Assembly: GCA_963822585.1 (NCBI GenBank)
Contig: CAWGIE010000017.1
Location: forward strand, 1 to 64,000
From: an uncultured bacterium
GTDB lineage: Bacteria > Auribacterota > Erginobacteria > Erginobacterales > Erginobacteraceae
Reading direction: 5' to 3'
DNA: 64,000 nt
Made by a program: the position numbers and the translations under genes. The notes beneath the pieces are model-generated. The model was not told the DNA's origin, did no database searches, and saw only the letters and a list, made by a program, of their open reading frames with translations. Below, piece by piece: positions 29,482-39,568 of this stretch. The first letter of the stretch is position 1, and each line of letters starts with the position of its first letter.

Positions 29482-30834
29482 CTAATTTATAATGATCTCT
29501 TTCCAGTCTTCCCGTGAGGGCGGATTGACGGGAGTGCCGCCGCTGGGATCCTGGCCTCCCCCCAGTCCGCCGTTCGGTCCCTGGTAGCTGACCGGATAGC
29601 AGATCGAACGGCTCCCCCCGATTGTAATGCTCTTGGCCACGATCGCGGAATAGATCCAGCCGTCCCCCTCGATGATCATGTCCGCGTTGGGGGCGTAAAA
29701 GGAGCCGGCGGTCCCGTTCGCGCTCCCTCCGATGTCAACGGTGGTCCCCGTACAGACCACGTCGAACTGGTTGGCGCCCCCCCCGACGTTGAAATCGGAC
29801 TCACCATCGAACACAATGTTCCCTTTTACCGCCATCACGATGCTCGCGTTCGGGTCGAAGAGCATGTCGTTGCTTCCCTGGTGATGGAAGTTCTCGCAGT
29901 AAAAGTCCATGTTCCCGGTGTAATGGTAGCTCTCGCTGGCCCCGCTGACAAAGTTATTGAAGTGGTACTGGGAACCGGTGAAGTAAACGGTCTTCCAGGT
30001 GCCGACGAAGTTGTGGTTGGCGTCGATGTAGTAGTCGTCGTACCAGGCCTGTCCCTCACTGGCCGGGACCAGAACTCCCTTGTCCATCACGCAGATAGTG
30101 GGATCGTCTTTTTGAGTGTAAGGGACTTCGCCGGTCGAACCGCCCCGCTCGGCGGCGAAGCCGCCGTGGCTCACGAAATAATCGTAGTCGGCGGAATCAG
30201 TATCGCCGTCAGCATCCTTGTCCCACTGGGGATCGACAACCGAAAAGGCGGCATAGCCCGGGTCGTAGGGCCACGCCGGTGTCCCTCCGTGGTAGGTTCC
30301 TTCGGGGGGCCACTGGTCCGGTTTCCAGCCCTGGAGTTGTGACGTATTCCGCGGCCCCGTAAATTCACGATCATCACCTTCTTCTCCGGTGGTGCCGACC
30401 GGCAGTTTGGTGCCCACCGCGCAGGACCAACCGGCTTCCAGATGGGAAAAGTTTCCCCCGGCGACTTCGTCCACTATTGTCTGGGGGACATTGACATATC
30501 CGCTGATGGTTACCGATCCCGAGAGGTAGATCTTTTCGTTGCTCCCGCAGTGGCCCGGACCCATATTTGCCGTACTGGAGGGGGGAACGGGATAGACCGC
30601 GGGATCATAGGAGTAGCAGCCGCCGGAGCCGGTCAGCTGAAACTTCTCTTTCCCAAATATTCCCGCCCCGGGAGGAATGTATCCACCGCCGCCTTCACCG
30701 CTGGCGATAGGGAGTGCGACCTGTTCGGTCACACTCCTTGCCGCTCCTCCTCCGGCGGAACCGACCAGAGCAAGAAAGAGGAGAGAAAACAGGCAAACTC
30801 TTACCGTATTCCATCCTCCCGGCAACGCCTTCAT
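29482..30834 (-). CDS. Secreted pilus tip/adhesin-like protein, copy 2
   Basis: Signal peptide, GIFG...YSYD, DKDADGDTD Ca-loop-like motif, FYAPNADM...IVAKSITIGG, terminal DWKE; paralogue of 31000-32352. Confidence 0.7.
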   Translation of the reverse strand: MKALPGGWNTVRVCLFSLLFLALVGSAGGGAARSVTEQVALPIASGEGGGGYIPPGAGIFGKEKFQLTGSGGCYSYDPAVYPVPPSSTANMGPGHCGSNEKIYLSGSVTISGYVNVPQTIVDEVAGGNFSHLEAGWSCAVGTKLPVGTTGEEGDDREFTGPRNTSQLQGWKPDQWPPEGTYHGGTPAWPYDPGYAAFSVVDPQWDKDADGDTDSADYDYFVSHGGFAAERGGSTGEVPYTQKDDPTICVMDKGVLVPASEGQAWYDDYYIDANHNFVGTWKTVYFTGSQYHFNNFVSGASESYHYTGNMDFYCENFHHQGSNDMLFDPNASIVMAVKGNIVFDGESDFNVGGGANQFDVVCTGTTVDIGGSANGTAGSFYAPNADMIIEGDGWIYSAIVAKSITIGGSRSICYPVSYQGPNGGLGGGQDPSGGTPVNPPSREDWKEIIIN

Positions 30835-30891
30835 TCTGGGCCTCCTTGTAAAATAGATACCTTCCCGATACGATACATGACCTTCAACTTA

Positions 30892-30920
30892 AATATAAGA
30901 TATAAATACACACTTGTCAA
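30892..30920 (-). promoter_or_regulatory. Sigma-70-like promoter for adhesin copy 2
   Basis: Minus strand TTGACA-N17-TATATT. Confidence 0.7.
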
Positions 30921-30999
30921 GTAGTATCAGCTATCAAGTATTCGCTATAGAGTAGATATACAGTAGCTCGCTCATTTAGTTAAGAAGGTAATCCGGTTT

Positions 31000-32352
31000 T
31001 TATTCCGAGACGGTTTCCTTCCAGTCTTCCCGGGAGGGGGGATTGATCGGGGTTCCACCGCTCCCCTGGTCACCGCCCACTCCCCCGTTCGGTCCCTGGT
31101 AGCTGACCGGATAGCAGATCGAACGGCTCCCCCCGATTGTAATGCTCTTGGCCACGATCGCGGCATAGATCCAGCCGTCCCCCTCGATGATCATGTCCGC
31201 GTTGGGGGCGTAAAAGGAGCCGGCGGTCCCGTTCACGCTCCCTCCGATGTCAACGGTGGTCCCCGTACAGACCACGTCGAACTGGTTGGCGCCCCCCCCG
31301 ACGTTGAAATCGGACTCCCCGTCGAACACAATGTTCCCTTTTACCGCCATCACGATGCTCGCGTTCGGGTCGAAGAGCATGTCGTTGCTTCCCTGGTGAT
31401 GGAAGTTCTCGCAGTAAAAGTCCATGTTCCCGGTGTAATGGTAGCTCTCGTTGGCCCCGCTGACAAAGTTATTGAAGTGGTACTGGGAACCGGTGAAGTA
31501 AACGGTCTTCCAGGTGCCGACGAAGTTGTGGTTGGCGTCGATGTAGTAGTCGTCGTACCAGGCCTGTCCCTCGCTGGCCGGGACCAGAACTCCCTTGTCC
31601 ATCACGCAGATAGTGGGATCGTCTTTTTGAGTGTAAGGGACTTCGCCGGTCGAACCGCCCCGCTCGGCGGCAAAGCCGCCGTGGCTTACGAAATAATCGT
31701 AGTCGGCTCCGTCAGTATCGCCATCAGCATCTTTGTCCCACTGGGGATCGACGACCGGAAAGGCGGCATAGCCCGGATCGTACGGCCACGCCGGTGTCCC
31801 CGATTGATAGGTCCCCTCCGGCGGCCAGTCGCCCGGTTTCCATCCTTGGAGCTGGGCGGTCACCCGGGGGCCGTTGAATTCACGATCGTCACCTTCTTCT
31901 CCGGTGGCGCCGACCGGCAGTTTGGTGCCCACCGCGCAGGACCAGCCGCCTTCCAGATGGGAAAAGTCTCCCCCGGCGATTTCATCCACGATTGACTGGG
32001 GCACGTTGACATGGCCGCTGACGGTTACCGAGCCCGAGAGAACGATGCGTTCATTACTGCCGGCATGCCCGGGCCCCATCTGACTGATATTGGAAGGAGG
32101 CGGGGTGTAGACGGAAGGGTCGTAAGAATAACATCCACCGCTCCCGGAAAACTGAAATTTGCTCTTCCCGTAAACCCCGCTTCCGGGGGGGATATAGCCG
32201 TTCCCACCGGTGCCGGCCGTCGGCAGGATCACCTTTTCGATAACTGTTCTCTCGGTGTTCGCCTTTCCGGGGTTGATGATTAAAAAAAAGACAGCCGACA
32301 GAAAGATAGTTAAAATGACCACTGATCCCTTGATCCCCGATAGTGTTTTCAT
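31000..32352 (-). CDS. Secreted pilus tip/adhesin-like protein, copy 1
   Basis: Follows four minor pilins (MshQ/PilY1 position); RBS before ATG 32352; same motifs as copy 2. Confidence 0.72.
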   Translation of the reverse strand: MKTLSGIKGSVVILTIFLSAVFFLIINPGKANTERTVIEKVILPTAGTGGNGYIPPGSGVYGKSKFQFSGSGGCYSYDPSVYTPPPSNISQMGPGHAGSNERIVLSGSVTVSGHVNVPQSIVDEIAGGDFSHLEGGWSCAVGTKLPVGATGEEGDDREFNGPRVTAQLQGWKPGDWPPEGTYQSGTPAWPYDPGYAAFPVVDPQWDKDADGDTDGADYDYFVSHGGFAAERGGSTGEVPYTQKDDPTICVMDKGVLVPASEGQAWYDDYYIDANHNFVGTWKTVYFTGSQYHFNNFVSGANESYHYTGNMDFYCENFHHQGSNDMLFDPNASIVMAVKGNIVFDGESDFNVGGGANQFDVVCTGTTVDIGGSVNGTAGSFYAPNADMIIEGDGWIYAAIVAKSITIGGSRSICYPVSYQGPNGGVGGDQGSGGTPINPPSREDWKETVSE

Positions 32353-32411
32353 CCTCTCCCTCCTTTGAAGTGAGTATTGCATTAGTATACAGATGCGCCG
32401 TACCCTCTCAT

Positions 32412-32771
32412 TCAGTCCACCTCGGCGGTTGCGGTGAAATTAATGAATTCACCCGGATTGTCCGGCCAGTACATGCGCAGATCGAATGTCCCGTCTCCCA
32501 GGGGTTCATCGTCAAAGATATCCGCATCAGGCGCCCAGTCCGGAGTGACTCCCTCCTGATCGAATACGTATTTTTTCCCGATCTCCAGAGCGCCTTCCGT
32601 GATATAGAAAGCCTTGGTTGAGTTGTATTGCGCTCCGGATATAATCTGCTCGGTAGAGATGATATTAACGAACGTATAGCCGACGATCCCGAGAATAATC
32701 ATGATCGCGAGCAGCGCCAACAGTGCCAGACCCGCTTCATGGTTATTTTTTCTTGTTCTCTTAGTTTTCAT
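32412..32771 (-). CDS. Minor pilin, PilX/MshP-like
   Basis: G^LALLALLAIMIILG (no E5), STKAFYITEGALE. Confidence 0.8.
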   Translation of the reverse strand: MKTKRTRKNNHEAGLALLALLAIMIILGIVGYTFVNIISTEQIISGAQYNSTKAFYITEGALEIGKKYVFDQEGVTPDWAPDADIFDDEPLGDGTFDLRMYWPDNPGEFINFTATAEVD

Positions 32772-33286
32772 TCAGGTTCATCCGGTATCCTTGGCCAGAC
32801 CGCGGTCCTCAGGGGAAACTGATTCTCTCCGGCTTGGACAGCGAAATAGATGGTGACTACGTCATTGCCATCCATAGCGGCGGAAAAGGAATCATTTACC
32901 ACATTATCAACCAGGGTGAAGTTTCCGGCAGCACTTTGCCTCACAATGGTGTTGGAATCCGCCGCCTGCAAGAAGGTAATGGCAAGATTAGGGTCCTGGG
33001 GAGTTCCGTGGCCGATGGACTTAACGACCTGGATTGAGCCGGTCCCGATGATTATGTTGCCGGGGCTGGCCTCCCGGATCTCTCTGACCATCTTCTCCAT
33101 CGCTATTTTCCCTTCCTGAAAATTCAGCAGGTAGTCCCGGGCTGAGAAGGTGTAAATCGAGACCGCCTGCATGATCCCCTGGAACGCGGCTCCGGCCAGG
33201 ATCGCCGTCAGGACAATAACCAATATGATCTCGATTAAAGAGTATCCCGACGGTGCGGTAGGCCGATTATCTGTATGGTCTTTCAT
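32768..33286 (-). CDS. Minor pilin, PilW/MshO-like
   Basis: G^YSLIEIILVIV; AMEKMVREIREA. Confidence 0.85.
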   Translation of the reverse strand: MKDHTDNRPTAPSGYSLIEIILVIVLTAILAGAAFQGIMQAVSIYTFSARDYLLNFQEGKIAMEKMVREIREASPGNIIIGTGSIQVVKSIGHGTPQDPNLAITFLQAADSNTIVRQSAAGNFTLVDNVVNDSFSAAMDGNDVVTIYFAVQAGENQFPLRTAVWPRIPDEPE

Positions 33287-33290
33287 CGTT

Positions 33291-33743
33291 TTACTCAGCG
33301 TCCCAGTTCGTTTTGACGGTGACCAGTGACAGGGAAGGATCCGGATCTCGTTCCGGATCGCTGTAGGTTACGGTCAAGGTGATCAGTCTCACCCCATCGA
33401 CGACTTCACCGAAGTTCGCGGTATCGTCAAACGTGCAGGTGCTGGTGTAACCGGGGAAACCGTCGATGGCGGTGCTTGGCCAGGCGGCTACCGTGTCGAA
33501 ATCGAGACAGATGATCTTTTTCTCCATCTCTTCCTGTGCCAGGAAGGATAGAGTTGTCAGGACCAACGGCAGCTTTAATCCCCGGACCCCTTCGACAAAC
33601 GGGAGAATGAGAGCAGGCAGTATAATAGCCGCTACCAGGAGGATAATAACAATCTCGACCAGTGTGTGCCCGTGCTTATTTCCCGGTGGCAATGGGAAAT
33701 GGAGATGGGAACGTTTTTGCTCTCTTTTTGTCCTAGTTTTCAT
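33291..33743 (-). CDS. Minor pilin, PilV/MshD-like
   Basis: G^HTLVEIVII; FLAQEEMEK; VRLITLTV. Confidence 0.82.
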   Translation of the reverse strand: MKTRTKREQKRSHLHFPLPPGNKHGHTLVEIVIILLVAAIILPALILPFVEGVRGLKLPLVLTTLSFLAQEEMEKKIICLDFDTVAAWPSTAIDGFPGYTSTCTFDDTANFGEVVDGVRLITLTVTYSDPERDPDPSLSLVTVKTNWDAE

Positions 33744-33868
33744 TGCCTAATGTTAGTTATGTTTTTCAATAATGCGAAGAAATTATCTTAATGCGTGAAC
33801 GGTTGGACTCGAATTAATCATTTAATCGTTATCAATATATTTTTTCTTCAACAAAATATGCTGATAAT

Positions 33869-34282
33869 TCATTGGATAGTTGCCTTTCCCGTTACAGATG
33901 AGATTGCGATTGTCTCTGTGTTTGCTCCACAGGCTATATCAAAAACTCCAACACCGGCGGTAGGCTCGCCGAATGAATTATAGGTAATCGTGTGGGCGCC
34001 GGCCGTCGCTCCGCCGGGAAGCGTTTTTTCCGTTCCCATCATGTCATACGTATCATCTCCATTGAAGGTGATTGTTTTGGTGGAAGAGGTGTCAAAAAGA
34101 GCGGCCATCTGTGTTGCCCGGATATCAGTGATAGCCATCTCCGCCGCCAGGAGGGCCGAAAACCGATCGGTTGAGAGTAATCGGGGAATAGCAATAACGG
34201 CAAGGATGGAAATAATCAGAATGACGATGACCAGCTCCACCAGTGTGAAGCCGGCATATTTATCAGATGCCTGAGGCTTCAT
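33869..34282 (-). CDS. Minor pilin, FimU/MshC-like
   Basis: G^FTLVELVIVILIISILAVIAIPR; DIRATQ; ITYNSFGEP; ISSVTG. Confidence 0.88.
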   Translation of the reverse strand: MKPQASDKYAGFTLVELVIVILIISILAVIAIPRLLSTDRFSALLAAEMAITDIRATQMAALFDTSSTKTITFNGDDTYDMMGTEKTLPGGATAGAHTITYNSFGEPTAGVGVFDIACGANTETIAISSVTGKATIQ

Positions 34283-34329
34283 AATAATTCCTCCTGGAAC
34301 GATTCATCCTGAATATGCTACCCCATCTA

Positions 34330-34418
34330 AATATAAAGCCAAATAATTGATTTGTCAAGCGCTTTTTACTGACAATCATCCTTCTCATTCTTGACATTGA
34401 CGCTGTTAACGTTATATT
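34330..34418. promoter_or_regulatory. Divergent sigma-70-like promoters
   Basis: Minus strand TTGACA(34358)-N17-TATATT for the minor pilins; plus strand TTGACA(34391)-N16-TATATT for the NHL protein. Confidence 0.65.
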
Positions 34419-34480
34419 TGAAGTAGGAAAGCACCGGTGGTTCACCTGAACGGATTTTTCTCAACATTTCGCGTAACAGC

Positions 34481-37255
34481 ATGCAAAACAAGAAATTAAT
34501 TAAGAGGGTATTTTTATTCCTGGCGGCATGGCTTTTACTGCCGCTTCCTTTCCTGGCGGCATTTGAAGACAACCAGCCCGCAAGTTATGTAATCGGACAG
34601 CCCGACATGTTCAGTAATGGACCGAACCAGGGATCGTATGATCCGATCTCGCCGCCGGACTCGAATACTCTCTATTGGCCTGGCGGTCTTCAGGTCTATG
34701 AGGGCAAGCTCTTCATAGCGGATTATCTCAACCACCGGGTGCTGATCTATGACCCGGTCCCTTCCTGGAACAATACTACAGCTATGGTGGTGATCGGGCA
34801 GCCGGACATGGTCAGCAACGGCCCTAATCAGGACCCGCTGGGCGAAGACCCCGATATCCCGTTCGCCAATACCCTCCATAAGCCGGATGATGTTCAGATA
34901 TTCGAAGGGAAACTCCTGATCCCCGATGCCGAGAATAACCGGTCGGTAGTATTCAATTCCATCCCGGTCGTCAACGACGCCTTCGCCGATGTGGTGATCG
35001 GCCAGCCCGGACTGAACGGATATTTGATGCCGAACCAGGGATCAGCGATTTCTGAGAATAATACCCAGCATAATCCCCGCCGCCTCTTTATTTCGGGAGG
35101 GCACCTGTTCTTTGCCGATCGGCAGAACAACCGGGTTCTGATCTATGACGGCATTCCCACTTTTAATAACGCCACCGCTTCGGTGGTGATCGGGCAGCCG
35201 GACTTCGTCAGTTCGGACGCCAACCAGGGGTTGTCGTTCCCGACCGCACAGACGCTCCGGGAGCCATCAGGTGTTTTCGTCAGCGGGCAAAAACTTTTCA
35301 TTACCGATACCGGTAATCACCGGATACTTGTATTCAATCAGATCCCCGATACGGATAACGCCGCCGCCGATGTAGCGCTTGGCCAGTATGATTTTTACTC
35401 GTATTCGGCGAATCAGGGTCTTGGTTTTCCCACCGCCTATACGCTGAATAACCCGTTCGGAAGTGTCTTCAGCGAGGGTACCCGTCTCTTCGTTACCGAT
35501 AACGATAACCACCGGGTTTTGATCTATAACAATATACCGACGGATATGTCGGGAGTGCCCTATGGCGCCGATGTCGTTCTCGGTCAGCCTGATATGTTCT
35601 CCAACCTGATCAATCAGGTCGATCCGGACCCCCCGCCGGAACCCCCATCTCACCCGTTGGCGCAGACAATGTACTGGCCGGACGGTCTCTATCTTGACGG
35701 CCACACCCTTTATGTCTCCGATACGCATAACAATAGAGTTCTGATCTTTGAAGAACCCACACCGACGTCGACCCCGGAGGGCTATAAAACTCCTTCCCCG
35801 ACGCCCTCCGTGACACCATCGCCGTCGGCAACGCCGACCCCGACTGTTACGCCGTCCGTCACTCCGTCGGTTACCCCAACCCCGACCGCGACAGCATCCG
35901 TTACTTCGACTCCAACCGTCGTCCCGTCCGTCACCCCGACTCCGGCCTATTGTCATCTCACTCTTGATATCGCCGACATTGAAGACCTGGTTCTCGGGCA
36001 GACGAGATCGACGGACGGCAGCGGTTGGAGGTGGCGGATCACCCGGGCGGAACTTCCGGCCACCGATGTGTTTGGAACCGTCTTCGACAACGCCGACGCT
36101 TTTTCCGACGGGAACGTCTATCCGTCCCAGTCGGCGGCTCTCCAAATAACCCGGATCAACGAGGACCTGGATATCCGGGAGGGTGATTTTATAACGGTTA
36201 CCTATGATAGCAGCCAGGTGATTAATGTCTATCCGCCTCCGCTCACCGGGAATATCGATACCTACTATTACATCGGTTCGGACGGGTCCACCTACAGCGA
36301 CCGCTGGCTCTGCGATCTGGCCAAGGCGGTGCCGACGCCGACCCCCAGCCCCACGGCGATCCCCTCCGCCACTCCGACGGCCAGTGTCACGCCGACCCCG
36401 ACCGTTACGCCATCCGTTAAGCCGACCAATCCGCCGCCCGTCACCCCCACGCCATCCGTTAAACCGACGCTTACGCCCACCGTCACCCCTTCGCCCACCT
36501 CGTCGCCCCCGGCCGGACATCGGGCCCGGGGGGATTACAACGGCGACGGGACATCGGATGTGGCTATTTACCGCGCTTCTCTCGGGCTCTGGGCGGTCCG
36601 GGGGGTGAGCCGGGTCTATTTCGGCGGGAGCAGTGACATCCCGGTCCCCCGCGACTATAACGGGAACGGCACCACCGATTACGGGATCTACCGGGCGACG
36701 GCCGGCCTCTGGGCGGTCCGGAGCGTTACCCGGAGCTATTTCGGCGGTGGCGATGACCAGCCGGTCCCCGCCGATTTTGACGGCGACGGGAAGAATGACA
36801 TCGCCGTCTTCCGGTCCGCCTCCGGCCTCTGGGCGATCCGGGGTGTCTCCAGGGCATATTTCGGAAGCGGCGCCGATTTGCCTCTCCCGGGCGATTACGC
36901 CGGGAGTGGGCGGGCTGCGATTACGATCTTCCGCCCGGGCGCGGGCCTTTGGGCGATACGGGGGGTGAGCCGGTTCTATTTCGGCGGCGGCGCCGACGAG
37001 CCGGTCTCCGGTAATTTCAACGGAGACGGTACCGAGGATCCCGGTATCTACCGTTCCGTCGTCGGTCTCTGGGCGCTCCGGGGCATCTCCCGGGTCTACT
37101 TCGGCGGGGTCTCCGACTTCCCGGTCCCGGCTGACTTCGGCGGAACGGGTAGGGACGGGATCGCCATTTTCAGACCTTCGACCGGTCTCTGGGCCATTGC
37201 CGGCGGCCTCAGGATATACTTCGGAGGAAGCACCGACCTGCCGGTTGTGGAATAA
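34481..37255 (+). CDS. Secreted NHL-repeat beta-propeller protein with Pro/Thr linkers and C-terminal FG-GAP/VCBS-like module
   Basis: Signal peptide; six LFxxDxxNxRVLI...VVIGQPD repeats; TPTPSV linkers; GDYNGDG repeats. Confidence 0.9.
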   Translation: MQNKKLIKRVFLFLAAWLLLPLPFLAAFEDNQPASYVIGQPDMFSNGPNQGSYDPISPPDSNTLYWPGGLQVYEGKLFIADYLNHRVLIYDPVPSWNNTTAMVVIGQPDMVSNGPNQDPLGEDPDIPFANTLHKPDDVQIFEGKLLIPDAENNRSVVFNSIPVVNDAFADVVIGQPGLNGYLMPNQGSAISENNTQHNPRRLFISGGHLFFADRQNNRVLIYDGIPTFNNATASVVIGQPDFVSSDANQGLSFPTAQTLREPSGVFVSGQKLFITDTGNHRILVFNQIPDTDNAAADVALGQYDFYSYSANQGLGFPTAYTLNNPFGSVFSEGTRLFVTDNDNHRVLIYNNIPTDMSGVPYGADVVLGQPDMFSNLINQVDPDPPPEPPSHPLAQTMYWPDGLYLDGHTLYVSDTHNNRVLIFEEPTPTSTPEGYKTPSPTPSVTPSPSATPTPTVTPSVTPSVTPTPTATASVTSTPTVVPSVTPTPAYCHLTLDIADIEDLVLGQTRSTDGSGWRWRITRAELPATDVFGTVFDNADAFSDGNVYPSQSAALQITRINEDLDIREGDFITVTYDSSQVINVYPPPLTGNIDTYYYIGSDGSTYSDRWLCDLAKAVPTPTPSPTAIPSATPTASVTPTPTVTPSVKPTNPPPVTPTPSVKPTLTPTVTPSPTSSPPAGHRARGDYNGDGTSDVAIYRASLGLWAVRGVSRVYFGGSSDIPVPRDYNGNGTTDYGIYRATAGLWAVRSVTRSYFGGGDDQPVPADFDGDGKNDIAVFRSASGLWAIRGVSRAYFGSGADLPLPGDYAGSGRAAITIFRPGAGLWAIRGVSRFYFGGGADEPVSGNFNGDGTEDPGIYRSVVGLWALRGISRVYFGGVSDFPVPADFGGTGRDGIAIFRPSTGLWAIAGGLRIYFGGSTDLPVVE

Positions 37256-37338
37256 CCGGGTTCCCTTTTGCGTTTTCCCCTCACCAAAACAGCCGCCCTG
37301 TGCATTGCGTTCACAATTGAATAATTGGGGTAATAATT

Positions 37339-38296
37339 GGGGTCGGACCAGAGTATCTGCTTGCATTGTAACGCGTTATCTATAAAATAGGCATCATATA
37401 AGGCCTTAGCGGCGTTTTTCGGGCCTATTTTCAGCTTCTAACGAGAGTTCCCTGAAGCCATGCCTAGAGCTAACCGTTACATGCTGCCCCGCCAGCTTTA
37501 CCATGTCACGCATCGTTGCCACGATCGGTCCTATCTTTTACGCTTTGTACGAGATCGCGATATATACCGAGAATGGTTGCGTAAAGGATCTATTCGCTAT
37601 GGCGTCTCAATTCTTGGCTATTGTCTAACTTCAAACCATATTCATCTGGTAGTCTATGCCGAACGAAAGGATGCAATAAGTCAACTGATGCAGCTTGTTG
37701 AAGGATGCGTAGCCCAGCAGTACAATCTTCGGAAGGAAAGAAAAGGTGCCTTCTGGGAGGATCGTTTCCACTGTACGCTCATCGACACCGGCAGGTATTT
37801 CTGGAATTGCCTGACCTATATTGATCTCAACATGGTAAGGGCCGGTGTGATCTTACACCCGAAAAATTGGGAGTGGTGTGGCTATCGGGAATTGATGGGG
37901 GTGAGAAAACGATACCGAATTCTCAATCTCCCGCTGCTGATAGAAAAGAGTGGTGCGGCTAACATCGAAGAGGTGCGAGATAAATATCACATGATGCTGA
38001 CACGTTATTTAAGTGAGGGCATCGCGGAGCGGGAACCTCAGTGGACAGAGAGCCTTGCTGTGGGGAGTAAGTCTTTTATAGATTCTATTAAGGAACGTTT
38101 TGCATCAATAAGAAACTCTCTTCTTGAGGAAGAGACATCTTCAAGATCCGGTTCTCTCTGGTCAATCAGGGAAGAGCGGGCGACATATTATCCTTAAAAG
38201 CTGTTTTGCCCCTTGAAAATCGCTTCTAACCGCCTAAATAGGGCTTAAAAATTGTTTTATTCATTGAGCATCAAGGAGTTATTATGGTCCGACCCC
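37339..38296. mobile_element. RAYT/Y1-transposase element with 12-bp inverted ends
   Basis: GGGGTCGGACCA (37339-37350) and TGGTCCGACCCC (38285-38296) bracket a lower-GC segment. Confidence 0.75.
37460..38197 (+). CDS. HUH (Y1_Tnp / REP-associated tyrosine) transposase
   Basis: MPRANR, YHVTHRC, YCLTSNHIHL (HUH), GAFWEDRF, YIDLNMVRAG, WEWCGY. Confidence 0.92.
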   Translation: MPRANRYMLPRQLYHVTHRCHDRSYLLRFVRDRDIYREWLRKGSIRYGVSILGYCLTSNHIHLVVYAERKDAISQLMQLVEGCVAQQYNLRKERKGAFWEDRFHCTLIDTGRYFWNCLTYIDLNMVRAGVILHPKNWEWCGYRELMGVRKRYRILNLPLLIEKSGAANIEEVRDKYHMMLTRYLSEGIAEREPQWTESLAVGSKSFIDSIKERFASIRNSLLEEETSSRSGSLWSIREERATYYP

Positions 38297-39547
38297 GACT
38301 AATCATAATGGCGGTGGCCTTGATGTTTAGCGCGGTTCTTCGCTCAGGCCGCGCCCACCCCCGTTCCCCCCGGCGATCTTTACCGGGGAGGATACCTGCT
38401 TTTCCAGAAGGCCGAACAGGCCTTTCAACAGGGAGAATTCGCTGAGGCCGCGGACCGTTACCGGCGCGCGGCCGATCATTTTACCGCCATCCGCGAGCAA
38501 TCTCCCGAATGGTCGGCGGAGTCGGTAGAAAGTCGGCTGGAGAGATGTCGCTCCCGGTTAGCCGAGTTGGAGTCGGCCCGGACCGAGGAGGAGTCATGGG
38601 GGAACCCTCTCCGGGTTCATTTTATCGACGTGGGGCAGGGGGACTGCGAGTTAATTCAGTGTCCCTCCGGGGAAACGATCCTTATCGACGGGGGACGGGT
38701 CTGGGTTTACTCCTTCCTGATCGATTATCTTCGCCGCGCCGGGGTGAAGAAGATCGATCTCCTGATCGTCACCCACCCTCACGGCGATCACTTCGGAGGC
38801 GTGATCGAGGTGCTGGACACTTTCCCGGTCACTACTCTTCTTGACTCGGGCAAGGAGGACACCACCGAGCATTACGCGCGGTACCTGCGGACGGTCAAAA
38901 GCCATGATGATATCCTCTTCCGTCTGGGGCGGGCCGGGGACAGGTTCTCCTTCGGTGAGGTGCAGCTCCTGATCCTGCACCCGTCTGACCGCCTTCTTGA
39001 ATCCCCCAACAACTGCTCGATCGTCGTCAAGCTGGTGTACGGGGATGAAAGCTTCCTCTTCACCGGGGATGCCGAAGAGGAGGCGGAGATGGAGATGATC
39101 AGCCGGGGGGCTAACCTGAAAAGCACGGTACTGAAAGTCGGACATCACGGTTCGCGCACTTCGACCGGTTCCTCTTTCCTGTCCCGGGTCGCTCCCCGGG
39201 AGGCGGTAATCGAAGTGGGTGAGAATAACAGCTACGGGCACCCGACTGAGCAGGTGCTCCGGCGCCTGGAAATGCGCGGGATCAAGATTTATCGGACCGA
39301 CCGCGACGGGACGGTCCTTTTTCTGAGCAATGGCCGGGAACACCGGGTGGAGTTCCCGGGAAAGGCCGTTTACCCTGAATACGATATCCCGGATGACCGT
39401 GTCGGTAAAGTAGCCGCCAACCGGCAGACCCTTATCTATTATCCCCCCCGTTCCGCCTACGCCCGGCGGATACCGCCGGAAGACCGGGAATATTTCGATA
39501 CCGCCACCGCCGCGGAAGCGGCCGGGTACCGGCGCTGGTGGTATTGA
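38284..39547 (+). CDS. Secreted ComEC-like metallo-beta-lactamase nuclease with TPR-like N-terminus and Ada-like C-terminal domain; frameshift near 38340
   Basis: FIDVGQGD, THPHGDHFGG, FTGDAE, KVGHHGS, YGHP, YRTDRDG. The frame is open back to 38324, and the signal peptide MVRPRLIIMAVALMFSAV lies in the adjacent frame after an AAGGAG RBS. Confidence 0.85.
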
Positions 39548-39568
39548 TATTTTTCCCGCGGAAAGATA

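Noticed and set aside
29571..31685. Diversity-generating retroelement TR/VR pair
   Set aside because: Both copies are full coding paralogues, I saw no adenine-specific mismatch pattern, and no reverse transcriptase is in the window.
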